A stretch of 63,962 nt of DNA, filler included, from Octopus bimaculoides (Eukaryota), in the NCBI RefSeq assembly GCF_001194135.2. It is 6 parts of 4 records of this genome, joined end to end, with 100 filler letters (N's around TTAATTAATTAA, not from the genome) between each part and the next. Parts side by side here need not be neighbours in the genome. Positions count along the whole stretch, not along the records: positions 50,088 to 62,837 come from NC_068992.1; positions 62,938 to 63,962 come from NC_068983.1; 4 more parts are not named here. One strand, 5' to 3'. The translations under genes were made by a program, and so were the position numbers. The notes under the pieces were generated by a model, which was given only the letters and a program-made list of their open reading frames with translations, ran no database searches and had not been told where the DNA came from. This document shows, piece after piece, positions 51,010-63,714 of this stretch; position 1 is the stretch's first letter, and each line of letters starts with the position of its first letter.

Positions 51010-52776
51010 ATGAACAGAAAGTCGTGGCTCTCTGTCAGAACTATAATGACTTTCATAATGATCAACAGTTGCATATGTGCGACAACATCGTTTCCTATCC
51101 CAGCAGTTAACAAGTTCGATCGTCTGCCACGCAATAGACAAGCTTCATCCCAGTACCAATACCAACAACAGCGAAGACGTTTGCAGAGACAGTTAGCTCA
51201 ACAACCAGCCGGCTTTTGTTTAGAAACCTGGGACGACACTACAGTACCTTGTGAACAGGACTTAAATAACATATGCGTCAACGAAAACTGGTCTCTTCTG
51301 GATTTTACCAAAGCGAGAAACCATGCATCCTTACTACCTCCGTCATTTATAAACTCGATCGATTCCAATTTTGCTAAGGACAGCAACATCGAAGCCAACG
51401 TCCAAGAATATGTTGATCTTAGTGCACAAGGTACTCAATGTAAAGTAACCAATTATCAAAACAACCCAATATTTTCTTGGGGTCAATGGAAAAATATATG
51501 TTTTCAAAGGTGGATGACTTTATTGAGGCGTCGTTTGAGTACGGCTCGACTCGGCGACTTAGTTATTCCAGGCACTCATAACAGTGCATCTTTTTCTGTA
51601 TCACCAAATGGTACTTTGGTGGAAAAACTTTGGATTTCACGTGTTGCTTTAAGCCTTGGATTTAGTAATTATTTCAGCTCGTGGGCTAGAAACCATGACG
51701 ACGGATTAGGTGCGCAGCTTAATGCTGGTTACCGATGTCTTGATTTACGAATCGCCTTGCTACCAAATGGAGGATTTTACTGGTGGCATGGCATATCTGG
51801 AGAGGCCATTGAGTCTGGCTTAAAAGAAATTGCTAATTTTGCGACAGAGAATCCAGGAGAGATTATTATACTTTTAATTTCCCACTTAAATGCACCCGGT
51901 AACGGAATTCAAGAGAAATTACCAATGCCAGGTGAGTCCAAGATCAGACTTGGTAAATATTTATTATCTATTTTAGGACCAAATCTTGTCCCAACTCGGA
52001 ACATTTCTTTAAATCCTACCTTATCAAGTGTCATCTCTACGGGACGTAATATCATTGCTCTGATCCGGGAAGATCAAGATTTAGTAAATGCCTTCCCGGA
52101 TTATTTCTGGAGCGATGTCAACAACGAAACAGCAGTGGAAATGTTTGAACGAAGAACTAACCCTCGGAGTATGTTTACACATCGTTCTGACATCATGCAG
52201 AAATATAAGAGGAATTTTCCTGACAGGTTAGCCATCACACCGGCTTTTGTGACACACAATGTTCCAAATGTGTTGGGAGGAATATTAAGAAGCAAACGCG
52301 TGGCTTGGGCTCTTTCGTTAGTTTTGACAATTATGTTCTATCGATTAATCCAATCGTCGGAAAATAAGGACTTTACGAAATTGTTCTGTACCGGATTAAA
52401 AAGGCGAAGTCCCGTAAAAGCTGCCAGAGTCACTGTGATATACCTGTTGATTATTATAATATCTGTGTATTTAGGTCATTTACAACACAGAACTATACTA
52501 AAACTTTTCGGATTTGAAGGTAAAGCCACAAATTTGATAGAAATGGCACGAATAGCTAATCTTTGCGGGGATGATCCAAGTAAAGCTAACGGGGAGGTAA
52601 TTTATAAAGGCATAAATTCTATGATTCGGCACTGGTCGGACAGAGAACAAAAATATAGATTAAACATCGTCCTGGTTGATGATTTTTCATCCAGCCAAGC
52701 GGTGAGGACAGCTATACAAGAAAACATTCGGAGAACGGATATAGACAGATATAACATGAAAACGAAGTTTAGTTGA
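51010..52776 (+). CDS. Single-exon PI-PLC X-domain protein (PLCXD/bacterial PI-PLC-like), predicted secreted and membrane-anchored, 588 aa
   Basis: 1767-bp uninterrupted non-repetitive ORF. Motifs: WMT.L....LGDLVIPGTHNS (His190), QLNAGYRCLDLR (Asp245/Arg247), FYWWHG (His260), F..ENPGEIIIL, and terminal LNIVLVDDF. Hydrophobic N-terminus and four N-x-S/T sequons (N93, N200, N331, N372). Confidence 0.92.
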   Translation: MNRKSWLSVRTIMTFIMINSCICATTSFPIPAVNKFDRLPRNRQASSQYQYQQQRRRLQRQLAQQPAGFCLETWDDTTVPCEQDLNNICVNENWSLLDFTKARNHASLLPPSFINSIDSNFAKDSNIEANVQEYVDLSAQGTQCKVTNYQNNPIFSWGQWKNICFQRWMTLLRRRLSTARLGDLVIPGTHNSASFSVSPNGTLVEKLWISRVALSLGFSNYFSSWARNHDDGLGAQLNAGYRCLDLRIALLPNGGFYWWHGISGEAIESGLKEIANFATENPGEIIILLISHLNAPGNGIQEKLPMPGESKIRLGKYLLSILGPNLVPTRNISLNPTLSSVISTGRNIIALIREDQDLVNAFPDYFWSDVNNETAVEMFERRTNPRSMFTHRSDIMQKYKRNFPDRLAITPAFVTHNVPNVLGGILRSKRVAWALSLVLTIMFYRLIQSSENKDFTKLFCTGLKRRSPVKAARVTVIYLLIIIISVYLGHLQHRTILKLFGFEGKATNLIEMARIANLCGDDPSKANGEVIYKGINSMIRHWSDREQKYRLNIVLVDDFSSSQAVRTAIQENIRRTDIDRYNMKTKFS

Positions 52777-52992
52777 AACAGGAGACATTGCACAAAACCT
52801 AGAATATAAGCAACGCACAAACACACACGCACACACATACACACATACACATACATGCACACACACACACATACACACACATACACACACACAAGCCACA
52901 CATAACCCAACACATATACATGTACATATACAAAAGCACTTACATTTATATATGTATATATGTGCATATCTATCTATCTATCTATCTATCTA

Positions 52993-53031
<39 letters not shown>

Positions 53032-53317
53032 GCATGTATATATATATGTATATATANNNNNNNNNNNNNNNNNNNNNNNNNNNNNNNNNNNNNNNNNNNN
53101 NNNNNNNNNNNNNNNNNNNNNNNNNNNNNNNNNNNNNNNNNNNNNNNNNNNNNNNNNNNNNNNNNNNNNNATATATATACATATACATATATAAATTATA
53201 TACATATACACACATATATACATACATGCACACACATGCATGCACATACATGCATGCACACATATGTGTACATACATATATGTATGCATACATACACACA
53301 CATACACACACACGTAC

Positions 53318-53348
<31 letters not shown>

Positions 53349-53411
53349 CATACATACATACACACACATACATACATTTATATAATATTCTATATATACA
53401 TATAATGGCAA

Positions 53412-53417
53412 AATAAA
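53412..53417 (+). terminator. Candidate polyadenylation signal for the PI-PLC gene
   Basis: AATAAA ~640 nt past the stop, after a microsatellite-rich stretch. The hexamer is common in AT-rich DNA. Confidence 0.25.
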
Positions 53418-54775
53418 AGCCATAACGATATCAACAGATCAATGCACAATCAAAAGAAGTCTACCCATTCCGAAAACCAAAACAACAGAATTTTAGATAT
53501 TTTTGTAATAAAAGAGAAAAAAGACATTATTTAAATGAATGATTTGTTATCTTACTGTTTTTATTTCTTAAAGGAACAATTGCTAAATATTTGTCAATCT
53601 TTTGATCTGTGTATATATACATATACATAAAATGGCGAAGCGAACAAAAATAAGATTTGTATATTTTTATGTGAGTTATTTAATATCTTTTATTTAACTG
53701 AAGACGAGTGGGTCATCGCATATAACAACAGAAATACTTTTATAAAGAGAAAATAAAAATTATCTGACGAAGCCGAATAATTTGTTTACATTGGAAGTGT
53801 TATTAATGGAAGTTTCCACATTTATCTGGAACTTACTTTGCATTTGATATCTAAAACAATTAAAAGGTTATTTAAAAAATTTTAACGTTTAATAAACGAT
53901 ATGAATTCTTCAAAACAAATTCTGAACAGAGAACAAAAGCGGTTCTTAAATTTTTCACTGTCGACTAATGGAGTGTATTTGTTTACATTATTCCAAATTG
54001 TGATTCGCCATTTTAAATGTACAAAGATCGAAAAATTAACAAATAGTTTGTTTTCTCTGTTTATGTTAAACGCTTGTAGTTTTCCTTCCTCCCCAACACA
54101 CAAAACATTCCCGTGCACTGACGTATATATATATATATAAATGTTGATGGAATCACCAGAGTAGAGACTATGTTTTAAACCAGTTATCTCTGATTATTTA
54201 CTTTCTCGATGTTATTCAAAGAAATATTTGGTTCTGCAGAACCCCGAACTTCTGTAGGTGTGCATCATGTTTCTTCGTAATAAGTCAATCATTTTTACAT
54301 CTATGATTTCGACACTAGTTTCCAAGGAATGCAATTCAATTGAAAATTCAGTTATCAGGTCGCAGAGGTGCGACGAAAGTTTCTGAATTTTAGTCATAAC
54401 TCGTAGTAATTCACATAAAGGTAGCTTAAATAGTTTATATGTTCTGAAGGTGATACAATATTTCCTAATTTAAACTATTATATTTCTTAATTTGGAGTCG
54501 AGACAGACATTTTGCAATTCTTCCGACAGGGTTACTTACAAGAAGCTTTGGATATATTGTTGATTGATCTGAGGATTCTTCTTGTTTCATACGTGACTAA
54601 TATTTCTTTTCCACTATATGCATCAGGTTGGAGACACATGGTCAAGAGGCTAGAGCAGCGGACTCACGGTCGAAGGATCGAGGGTTCGAATCTCAGACCA
54701 GGCGATACTATCGTATCACTGAATTTAGAAAATAATAAATGATCCAAAAATTCAAATTTCAGAAGAGAAATTACG

Positions 54776-54826
54776 CCTGTGTGGCAGTGAGGTAAGAAGT
54801 TTGCGGTAAGAAGTTTGCATACACAA
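54776..54826 (+). mobile_element. Truncated family B SINE head with internal 14-bp duplication
   Basis: GTGGCAGTGA-GGTAAGAAGTTTGC-GGTAAGAAGTTTGC-ATACACAACC. Confidence 0.55.
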
Positions 54827-55126
54827 CCGTGTACAATTATCGAATGATAATTCGATAACCGTACACGGAAAGAAAAACTATTTCTTCGGCAATTTTCGTA
54901 AAAAAATATACATTAAAAATTTTTTTTCAACTGAATCGCTTATTTCAGCTAATTATTTGAATTAACCCTTCTCAGAAGTGTGAGTAAATACTCCCTCTTC
55001 CGTATTTAATCTTCTGTTTGTTTCAGTCATTGAATTACGGCCGTGATGTGGTACCACCTTGAAGGGTCTGGACGAACAATTCGATCACAGTACGTATTTA
55101 TTAAGCTGAGTACTTATTCTATCGTT

Positions 55127-55192
<66 letters not shown>

Positions 55193-56487
55193 TATATATC
55201 AATATAAATACATATATACATATATATATATAAATATATGTATATATATATGTATATATATATTTAAATATATACATACACACACATATAATATATATAT
55301 ATATACATATACATATATAAATATATATATACACACACATATATATACATAAATAAATATATATGTATATATATATATATATATATATNNNNNNNNNNNN
55401 NNNNNNNNNNNNNNNNNNNNNNNNNNNNNNNNNNNNNNNNNNNNNNNNNNNNNNNNNNNNNNNNNNNNNNNNNNNNNNNNNNNNNNNNNNNNNNNNNNNN
55501 NNNNNNNNNNNNNNNNNNNNATATATATAAATGTATATATATGCGCGAGCACACATACACATACATACGGGAGCACACACAGACATATACGTATGAATGT
55601 ATTTACGTAAGTAGAAGGAAGGCGACTTGGGACACGCTATTCGGGTTTCTATTAAGAGATGGTCTGTATGTTTATGTGTTTGATGTTTGTCTCTCTTTGT
55701 GGATATGCTTTTGTACATGCGTGTATGTGTGTGTTTGCGTGTGTGTATGCGAGCGTGTGATTTGTGTGTGTGTGTGTGTGTGTGTGTGCGAGCGTTTGTC
55801 TATACGCGTGTGCGTTTATGCATTTATGTGATTATACCACGATTAAGATTATACAAACACACACACAGAGGTCTCATAGAGAGCCATCGTTTACATCATA
55901 CGTGTAAAACATACAAAGCCTGAATGAAAACATTCCCTCTAGTCACCCATGATGATAGCCCAGATAGCAGGAAGGAAAGAAAAATAATATAGTTATAAAA
56001 ACAAAAACAAAAACAAAATAAATATGCCACAAAAGACGAAAAAGATAAAAATAAATAAAATAGTATAGCGAGATAGAACAGTTAAAAGGAAACCCTTATA
56101 TCGACATTCCCCACGACAAGGAGTTGTCTTGTCTTGCAGTCAAACACAATTATCAAACAGAATCAACTAAAATTCTCAAAATAGACTCGTTTATCCCGAG
56201 TTATTGACTTAAGTTCTTGTGAGGCGGTGGTGGGAAGAAATTTTACCTAAATTCTTGAGGCTTTTGTTACAAATGTTATCATCTTTGTTTTTGTTATTGT
56301 TTTTTTTGTTTTTTTTCATGTTTTACGTTCTTGCTAGTTTACATTTTTGTGGTAAAAGTTGGAGAGTATATTGGAAAAAAAAAAAAAAAAGGGGAAGCAA
56401 AAAATGAAGGATAGCTGTCAAAATAATTATACGGTAAATCAGGCATTAGAAAAACGTCAGAAATCACCCGACGCTCCTTAATTTTGT

Positions 56488-56541
<54 letters not shown>

Positions 56542-56559
56542 CACACACACACACACAAT

Positions 56560-56830
56560 ATCAGTACGAGCAACAGAAATACGGCGCCAAGCAGTGACGA
56601 AGAAATAATAATAATAAAAACAGTAATAATAATAGAAGGTCGTGGTCAATGAAGAGAGTAGACGTGATACCAATAGTAATTGGTGCACTTGGAAGTATCA
56701 GCAGTTAACTGCTAACATGACCGAAAAAGATTGGTGCAAGTGTGAAGGTAGAACACCTACAATAATCAGCATTGCTTGGAACTGCAAGAATTCTTCATAG
56801 GGTTCTTGAAGCATGACCAGTAAACAAGTG
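56560..56830 (+). mobile_element. R4/Dong-like RLE 3' end remnant
   Basis: RSWSMKRVDVIPIVIGALGSI...HLQ*SALLGTARILHRVLEA*. Confidence 0.7.
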
Positions 56831-57628
56831 TCACCTTAGTCTGCTGGCGTGCGTGAGTGTGTGCAAGTGCGCGCGCGCGCGAAACAGCTTACTGTCATTG
56901 CTTATCCTGCGTAACCATATAAAGTTCGCGGCTGATGACATAAAGCGGATCGCATGACGTATCTCGAGTGCGGTCAAGACTCACTATTTATGATTTAATA
57001 ACAGCTTCACAACATTATCCATATTTAAATAAATAGCTTCTTCTATCCAACCGTCACAATACTAAACCAACAAAATAACAGAACACCAGTAAAATACACA
57101 ATAAAATAACTTCCATTCAAATATGACGGACTAAATTTCAAGCAGAAGATGGAGAAAATTACAATTGATTATAGTTGAACTAAATCTAATAGGAACTTAC
57201 GATTGAAAGGTCATGACAATGTAGTTAAATCATTTACTTAGCTCATTATTATATCCTCTTTCACACAAGCCCTAATACACGAAACATTTTAACCTTAGAA
57301 ATGCGTGTAATAACAATGTACTGTTTTTGATATCAACATGAAACTCGAGTAAAACGTTCAAGACTCTAAAAGCAATTGTATTAGTTATGGTACCGATGCT
57401 ACACACGTATTTATGTATGTATGTCATTATTCAGTTTTGTTTCAAGATTTCTTGTCAATAGAGAAAGAACCAGTTTCTGACCTGGATCCAAAGCTCCGAC
57501 ATTGAAATTTCAACATCTACAGGGTACATTTGTATGTATGTAATTCTGTATGTATGTATGTATGTATGTATGTATGTATGTATACGTGCAGGTATGTATA
57601 TGTATATGGTATTTTAACATAAATTGTT

Positions 57629-57738
57629 TTGACAGTGACTTCGAACTTTCGGTCTTTTTAGCGTTCATTGAACAGTTCAGTGATGACAAAGCGGGCCGCA
57701 ACTTCGAAGTCCATGCCAACCTTATTCTTGCTAAAGAA
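57629..57738. repeat. Palindromic interspersed repeat, copy 2
   Basis: TTGACAGTGACTTCGAACTTTCGG...AACAGT...TGATGAC...GGCCGCAACTTCGAAG...CCTTATTCTTGCTAA aligns with 5573-5678. Confidence 0.6.
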
Positions 57739-57816
57739 TGATAAATGTGCTCTAAAAAAAATATTGAATCCTTCAGTTTAAAATAATATGTTACTATAAA
57801 TCAACACAGAAATAAA

Positions 57817-57854
<38 letters not shown>

Positions 57855-58681
57855 AACACAAACACTTTCGGGTACGTTAGTTATACTGTATAAGAAATTA
57901 TTTTCACAACAGCTTATTCATGTTATCAAAGAAAAGAAAAACCACCTTCCAAATGTGGAAAGATAGATTAATAGTCAGTAGTCATGTCTGAATGAAAGAA
58001 TATAGCTTGAACTCGTTATTTACTGGAATTATAGAACCACTACAGCTGGCTTACGATTCTCCTAGATTTTTAGCAATAAATAGAATTAATTTTAGTGATG
58101 AAAATCTAGTTTTTGTTGAGAAGAAAGTAAGTTTTATGTTGATAAATTCCCGTAATCGAGGAACCTACAAAATTTAAGTATTTTGGTTGCTTCGAAGAGT
58201 TCTAATGTCTGCGTATAATATATCCATGCTCATACGCACGAACACACATACATTTATATTTATATATATACATATATGCAATAATATATATACATACGTA
58301 GGGCGATTTAAATTGCTCGACAATTATCCAGAATGCACGCCATCTATTAAAAAAACATAAAAGAAATCATGAGGGGAGCTTATATTTTTGCTTACATATT
58401 ATTTGTTTGAAATTCAGTATTTCATATGTCACAGTGAACGTATAGAGATTAAAGTTTGTTTATAAGATATTTGGTTACATTACTATTCGCATGTTTCATT
58501 AACAAAAATGAACATTACTTATATAACAAATTATATAATGAAATTCCGTTGTCAAATCTTCAGAGATGCGCAACTTGTATTCGTAATATTACTGGTTTAC
58601 TGATAATGTTGCCAGAACATATAAGCACACATCTGAGTAAAGAGTCACCAATTCACTAAATGTGTCTTGAATGTATGCGTC

Positions 58682-58724
<43 letters not shown>

Positions 58725-60092
58725 NNNNNNNNNNNNNNNNNNNNNNNNNNNNNNNNNNNNNNNNNNNNNNNNNNNNNNNNNNNNNNNNNNNNNNNNNNNN
58801 NNNNNNNNNNNNNNNNNNNNNNNNNNNNNNNNNNNNNNNNNNNNNNNNNNNNNNNNNNNNNNNNNNNNNNNNNNNNNNNNNNNNNNNNNNNNNNNNNNNN
58901 NNNNNNNNNNNNNNNNNNNNNNNNNNNNNNNNNNNNNNNNNNNNNNNNNNNNNNNNNNNNNNNNNNNNNNNNNNNNNNNNNNNNNNNNNNNNNNNNNNNN
59001 NNNNNNNNNNNNNNNNNNNNNNNNNNNNNNNNNNNNNNNNNNNNNNNNNNNNNNNNNNNNNNNNNNNNNNNNNNNNNNNNNNNNNNNNNNNNNNNNNNNN
59101 NNNNNNNNNNNNNNNNNNNNNNNNNNNNNNNNNNNNNNNNNNNNNNNNNNNNNNNNNNNNNNNNNNNNNNNNNNNNNNNNNNNNNNNNNNNNNNNNNNNN
59201 NNNNNNNNNNNNNNNNNNNNNNNNNNNNNNNNNNNNNNNNNNNNNNNNNNNATATATATATATATATATACATACATATATATATATATATATACATATA
59301 TATATGTATGTATATATGTAGGTAGGTATACCAGTTCTTATAGGAGTTGTGGATTAGCTGCTCTACTCTTTCTAAATCCGGTACATATAACATCATACTA
59401 CTTACATTAAAACTTGATAATCTAGCTCCAAATTCACACAGTATAAACATTATTCGTATTATTACTAAAAAAAGAAGTCGACTAGATCCTTGTGGTAATA
59501 TATTGTTTTTAAAGGTTTTCCTAAAAATGTTGCAACACGTTATGTCATGCTATTCACCGTAAATTACAGTTAGATGTATTTAACAGAGATTTCCGAGAGA
59601 TCTATCAAAACGTCGATTATTTGAACAGTGCTGTTATCGAAGAAAGTGATAACGTCAGAAATTTGAGTCAATGACCTATGTAATACCGAAGAGCATTAAC
59701 AAGCAGAAATTATTGACGTTTATCAGTGTATAAGAATAGATGAATTAGAATTGGGTTATAATTACTCAGCTCGATGAATCATCGATTTTTCAATAGTTGT
59801 ATTGCATTTTATCTTGTAGCTGACATATTTATAAATCGCTCATTCATGTAATATCTAATTAAAAATTGTATAATAACATTGATTGAATGATAGTTAGCTA
59901 ATGAGAATATTTGTGTGGGTGATAGTGACCAAGTATCAGCTCTACTTTCTGCGAGTACAAATATAATGTAGAAATTCTGTTTCATTTCTGGAAGTCATAA
60001 ATTACGTTAATTCTGCAAACGTGCATGTTTTTATTACACTGACAGTTATCTTCTACTTGTCCACTTGGTCATGTGTGCCTGTGTTTGAATGT

Positions 60093-60136
<44 letters not shown>

Positions 60137-60184
60137 CCAATGACGAAAGAAGCAATTATTATTATTATTATTATNNNNNNNNNN

Positions 60185-60261
<77 letters not shown>

Positions 60262-60299
60262 TTCATCATCTTCATTATTATAATAATAAATATTATAAT

Positions 60300-60963
60300 T
60301 CAGTAGTCTTATTTTTATCACATGCTTTCACTGCAATACCGAGCGCAGCTCTGTGTACCTTGGTTATGTGCTGTGGTTTGTTGTGATGCTCTTATTTTCA
60401 CTGTATTGAAAGTGTTTTACGTAGGATGTGTGCAGGGCCTAGTAGTGCCATTTTCTGTATTTATATATATTTGTTAGTCCTGACGTTTTTGTTATGTATT
60501 TGTCTGAATATTTTTTTATCATACCTAAAGCGCCCACTATGGTAGGAATTGTTGTTGTTATTATTATTATTGTTCAGTAGTTTTATTTTTATAACGTGCT
60601 TTCACTTCACTACCGAGCGCAGCTCCGTGCGCCTTGGGTATGTGCTGTGGTTTGCTGTGGTGCTCTTATGGTTACTGTATTGAAAGTGTTTTGTGTAGGA
60701 TGTGTGCTGTGCCCAGTAGTGCAATTTTCTGTATGTTATATATATTTGTAAGTCCTGGTGTTTTTGTTATGTATTTGTCTGAATATTTTTTTATTATACC
60801 TAATGCACCTACTATAATAGGAATTGTTTCTGCTTTTAGATTCCACATTCGCGTTACCTCTATTTCCAGGTCTTTGTATTTTGAAAGTTTTTCCATTTCT
60901 TTTAGAGAGACGTTGTCATCTGCTGGTATTGATACATCAATTAGAAAGCATTTTTTTTTCTTT
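60300..60963 (-). mobile_element. Two tandem 3' ends of an R4/Dong-like element embedded in (TAA)n
   Basis: KCFLIDVSIPADDNVSLKEMEKLSKYKDLEIEVTRMWNLKAETIPIIVGALG...ALLGTAHILHKTLSIQ*. A second diverged 3' end at ~60300-60548. (TTA)n arrays flank on both sides. Confidence 0.85.
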
Positions 60964-61150
60964 NNNNNNNNNNNNNNNNNNNNNNNNNNNNNNNNNNNNN
61001 NNNNNNNNNNNNNNNNNNNNNNNNNNNNNNNNNNNNNNNNNNNNNNNNNNNNNNNNNNNNNNNNNNNNNNNNNNNNNNNNNNNNNNNNNNNNNNNNNNNN
61101 NNNNNNNNNNNNNNNNNNNNNNNNNNNNNNNNNNNNNNNNNNNNNNNNNN

Positions 61151-61262
<112 letters not shown>

Positions 61263-63714
61263 CAATTCTCTTCCGCATAAATGTCATTTATGCATGAGCT
61301 GTCTCAACGATGGGAATTCCTCATAAACTAGCCTTATCATTGGAGATGAACCGTAGGAAGAAATAGATATTCCTGAAGTTGCTTGAGTGACTTCAGCTGC
61401 TCCGAGTTCAACCTTCGTCCAAATTGAACTGAGTCTGTGACAAGTTGATCTACCCACTCGCTCTCTCTCTCTCTCTCTTTCTCATTCTTTCTCTCTCCTC
61501 TCATCATTTTTTTCCTTTTTTGTTACTTCGCATCTTTCATACTTTCCCATCTGTTTTTCTACGTTCTGATAACGATCAACAAAAATACTTTTATCGTCTG
61601 CTCGCAACTTTTTCATTTCGTTATTGTTTTTCGTTTTCGTTTTTGTCTTATTTTCTGGTTGTTGTCATAGCTGATGTTGTTGGTAGTGATGATGGCGTCG
61701 GAATTGTAGTTGTAGTAGGGGTGGTAGTTTGGTTTTCGTTGTTATTGGTGGTGGTGGTTGAGGTGGTTGTCGTTGAGGTGGTAGTAATAGTAGTAGTAGT
61801 AATGATAATATTAGTAATAGGAGTAGGGAAGGATATTGTTCTTCTGTTGCTAATGTTTTTCTTTATATTTTAGTTCTTGCCAAAATCATTTCAATAAAAA
61901 CGCACATTAATTCTCCTCCTCCTTCTCCGTCGTCGTCGTTGTCGTCATAATGATAATGATAAGGGTAAGAGTCATCATTATCATTTTCGTCATCATTCTC
62001 GTCATCATCCTTGTAATCATTTTCATCATCATCGTCATCGTCATCGTCATCAACATGCGTTTTGACACTATAATATGATAACCAAGCGAATTCTTCCTGT
62101 TCAGATGGCGTCGTGTCGTCTTAAAGAACCCACTTGCTAGTTGTAGTCCAGATAAACGCTACGTCTGATACAACCAAACCAGATTGTCATGGTTAGAACG
62201 CCTCTGATAATATTGTTTAATCAGGGTTAATCCGGGATTAAACAGCAACAGCAAGAACAACGACAACACTAAAAACAACAACAACGACAACAACAGTGAC
62301 ATCAAGAACTACACTAACAACATTAATACCAACCAAGGGAAGGGCTGTATAAGGTTGCTTGTCTTGCTAGAAATAGAGACCAAACTTACTTCAAAATATA
62401 TCCTACTGTCTCAGAAATGAACAAATTAGATAATGTGTGTCCAAGGTTCCTCACACGAAGAGGAATTACGGGGCGGTCACCGTTAGATATATCTCAATGA
62501 TAGGTCTGTTCAGTTAGAGCTAACTGACGACAGATCAACAGCGACAACATAAACGAAACTCCAGCAAGACAAAAACAAGAAGAAATATGCTTTAGTGATC
62601 TCCATTGGTAAGATAAGACTATCTTATATAATATCTTGATAGACGGGCTGACTCCAGTATAGATAAGGGGCTTCTTCGGCAAGAAAGTTATGGAAATGTT
62701 TTCGTATTTATTTTTACCCTCGAGAAAACCTTTCTCGTGATTGGGTGGGGTGGGGAGTGAAGTTTACTGCTTTCCAGCTTCTATGTTATCTGTTTGATTA
62801 CACATACATACATACACACACACACACACATATATATNNNNNNNNNNNNNNNNNNNNNNNNNNNNNNNNNNNNNNNNNNNNTTAATTAATTAANNNNNNN
62901 NNNNNNNNNNNNNNNNNNNNNNNNNNNNNNNNNNNNNTATATATATATATATATATATATATGGACATATATATGGACATATATATAGATATATATAAAT
63001 ATGTATGCATGCATGAAATTCCACCACCTTCAATAAACAACTAAAACGAGGTAACCTTCGAACAGTTACTTGAAGTGCAATGAAAATCCATCTAAATATT
63101 TATCAAGCTACGCAACGGAATCACAACGAGATTATGTATACAAACGTACCCCCACCAAAAGAAAAACATCAGCATAACACCAGATGGAATGCTTTTCCAC
63201 CACAGGTTTTTAAGTGAGGCTGACCTTGATCTAAACAACAACGATCGTAGTAAAATAAAGATTTCTGTCTGGCAGGCCGAGAGAGAAAAATAGAATTATT
63301 TTGTGATAATACATAAATAGTTAGTAATCATCGTATATATTTATTTCATTATAAATGCAATACAACACCACGGAGGAATCGACATAAGCTTAAATAAAAA
63401 AAAAACGCGATATGGCGAGAGATTACTGTACATCTGATTAAACATGAAAGACGATTTAATAAATGTTTTTATTTTATTTTGTAGTGCTTCCATCTGGAAG
63501 AAACACTCAGAGTTTTTGTTTTCGTCGTGGTATTACCTAACGGTTGAAAACTAAAACGACAGGTAGCACAATTACCCCAATCTAAATTGTGTGTGTGTGG
63601 TGGTGGTGGTGGTGGGGAGTGCACTATACATACATGCATAGGCACATACCACACATACGCACACACAGATATACAGACATGCATATATATATATATATAT
63701 ATATATGGGAGAAT

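Noticed and set aside
58045-58132. Possible + strand exon LAYDSPRFLAINRINFSDENLVFVEKK|GTAAGT
   Set aside because: Weak acceptor, no partner exons, no recognisable motif.
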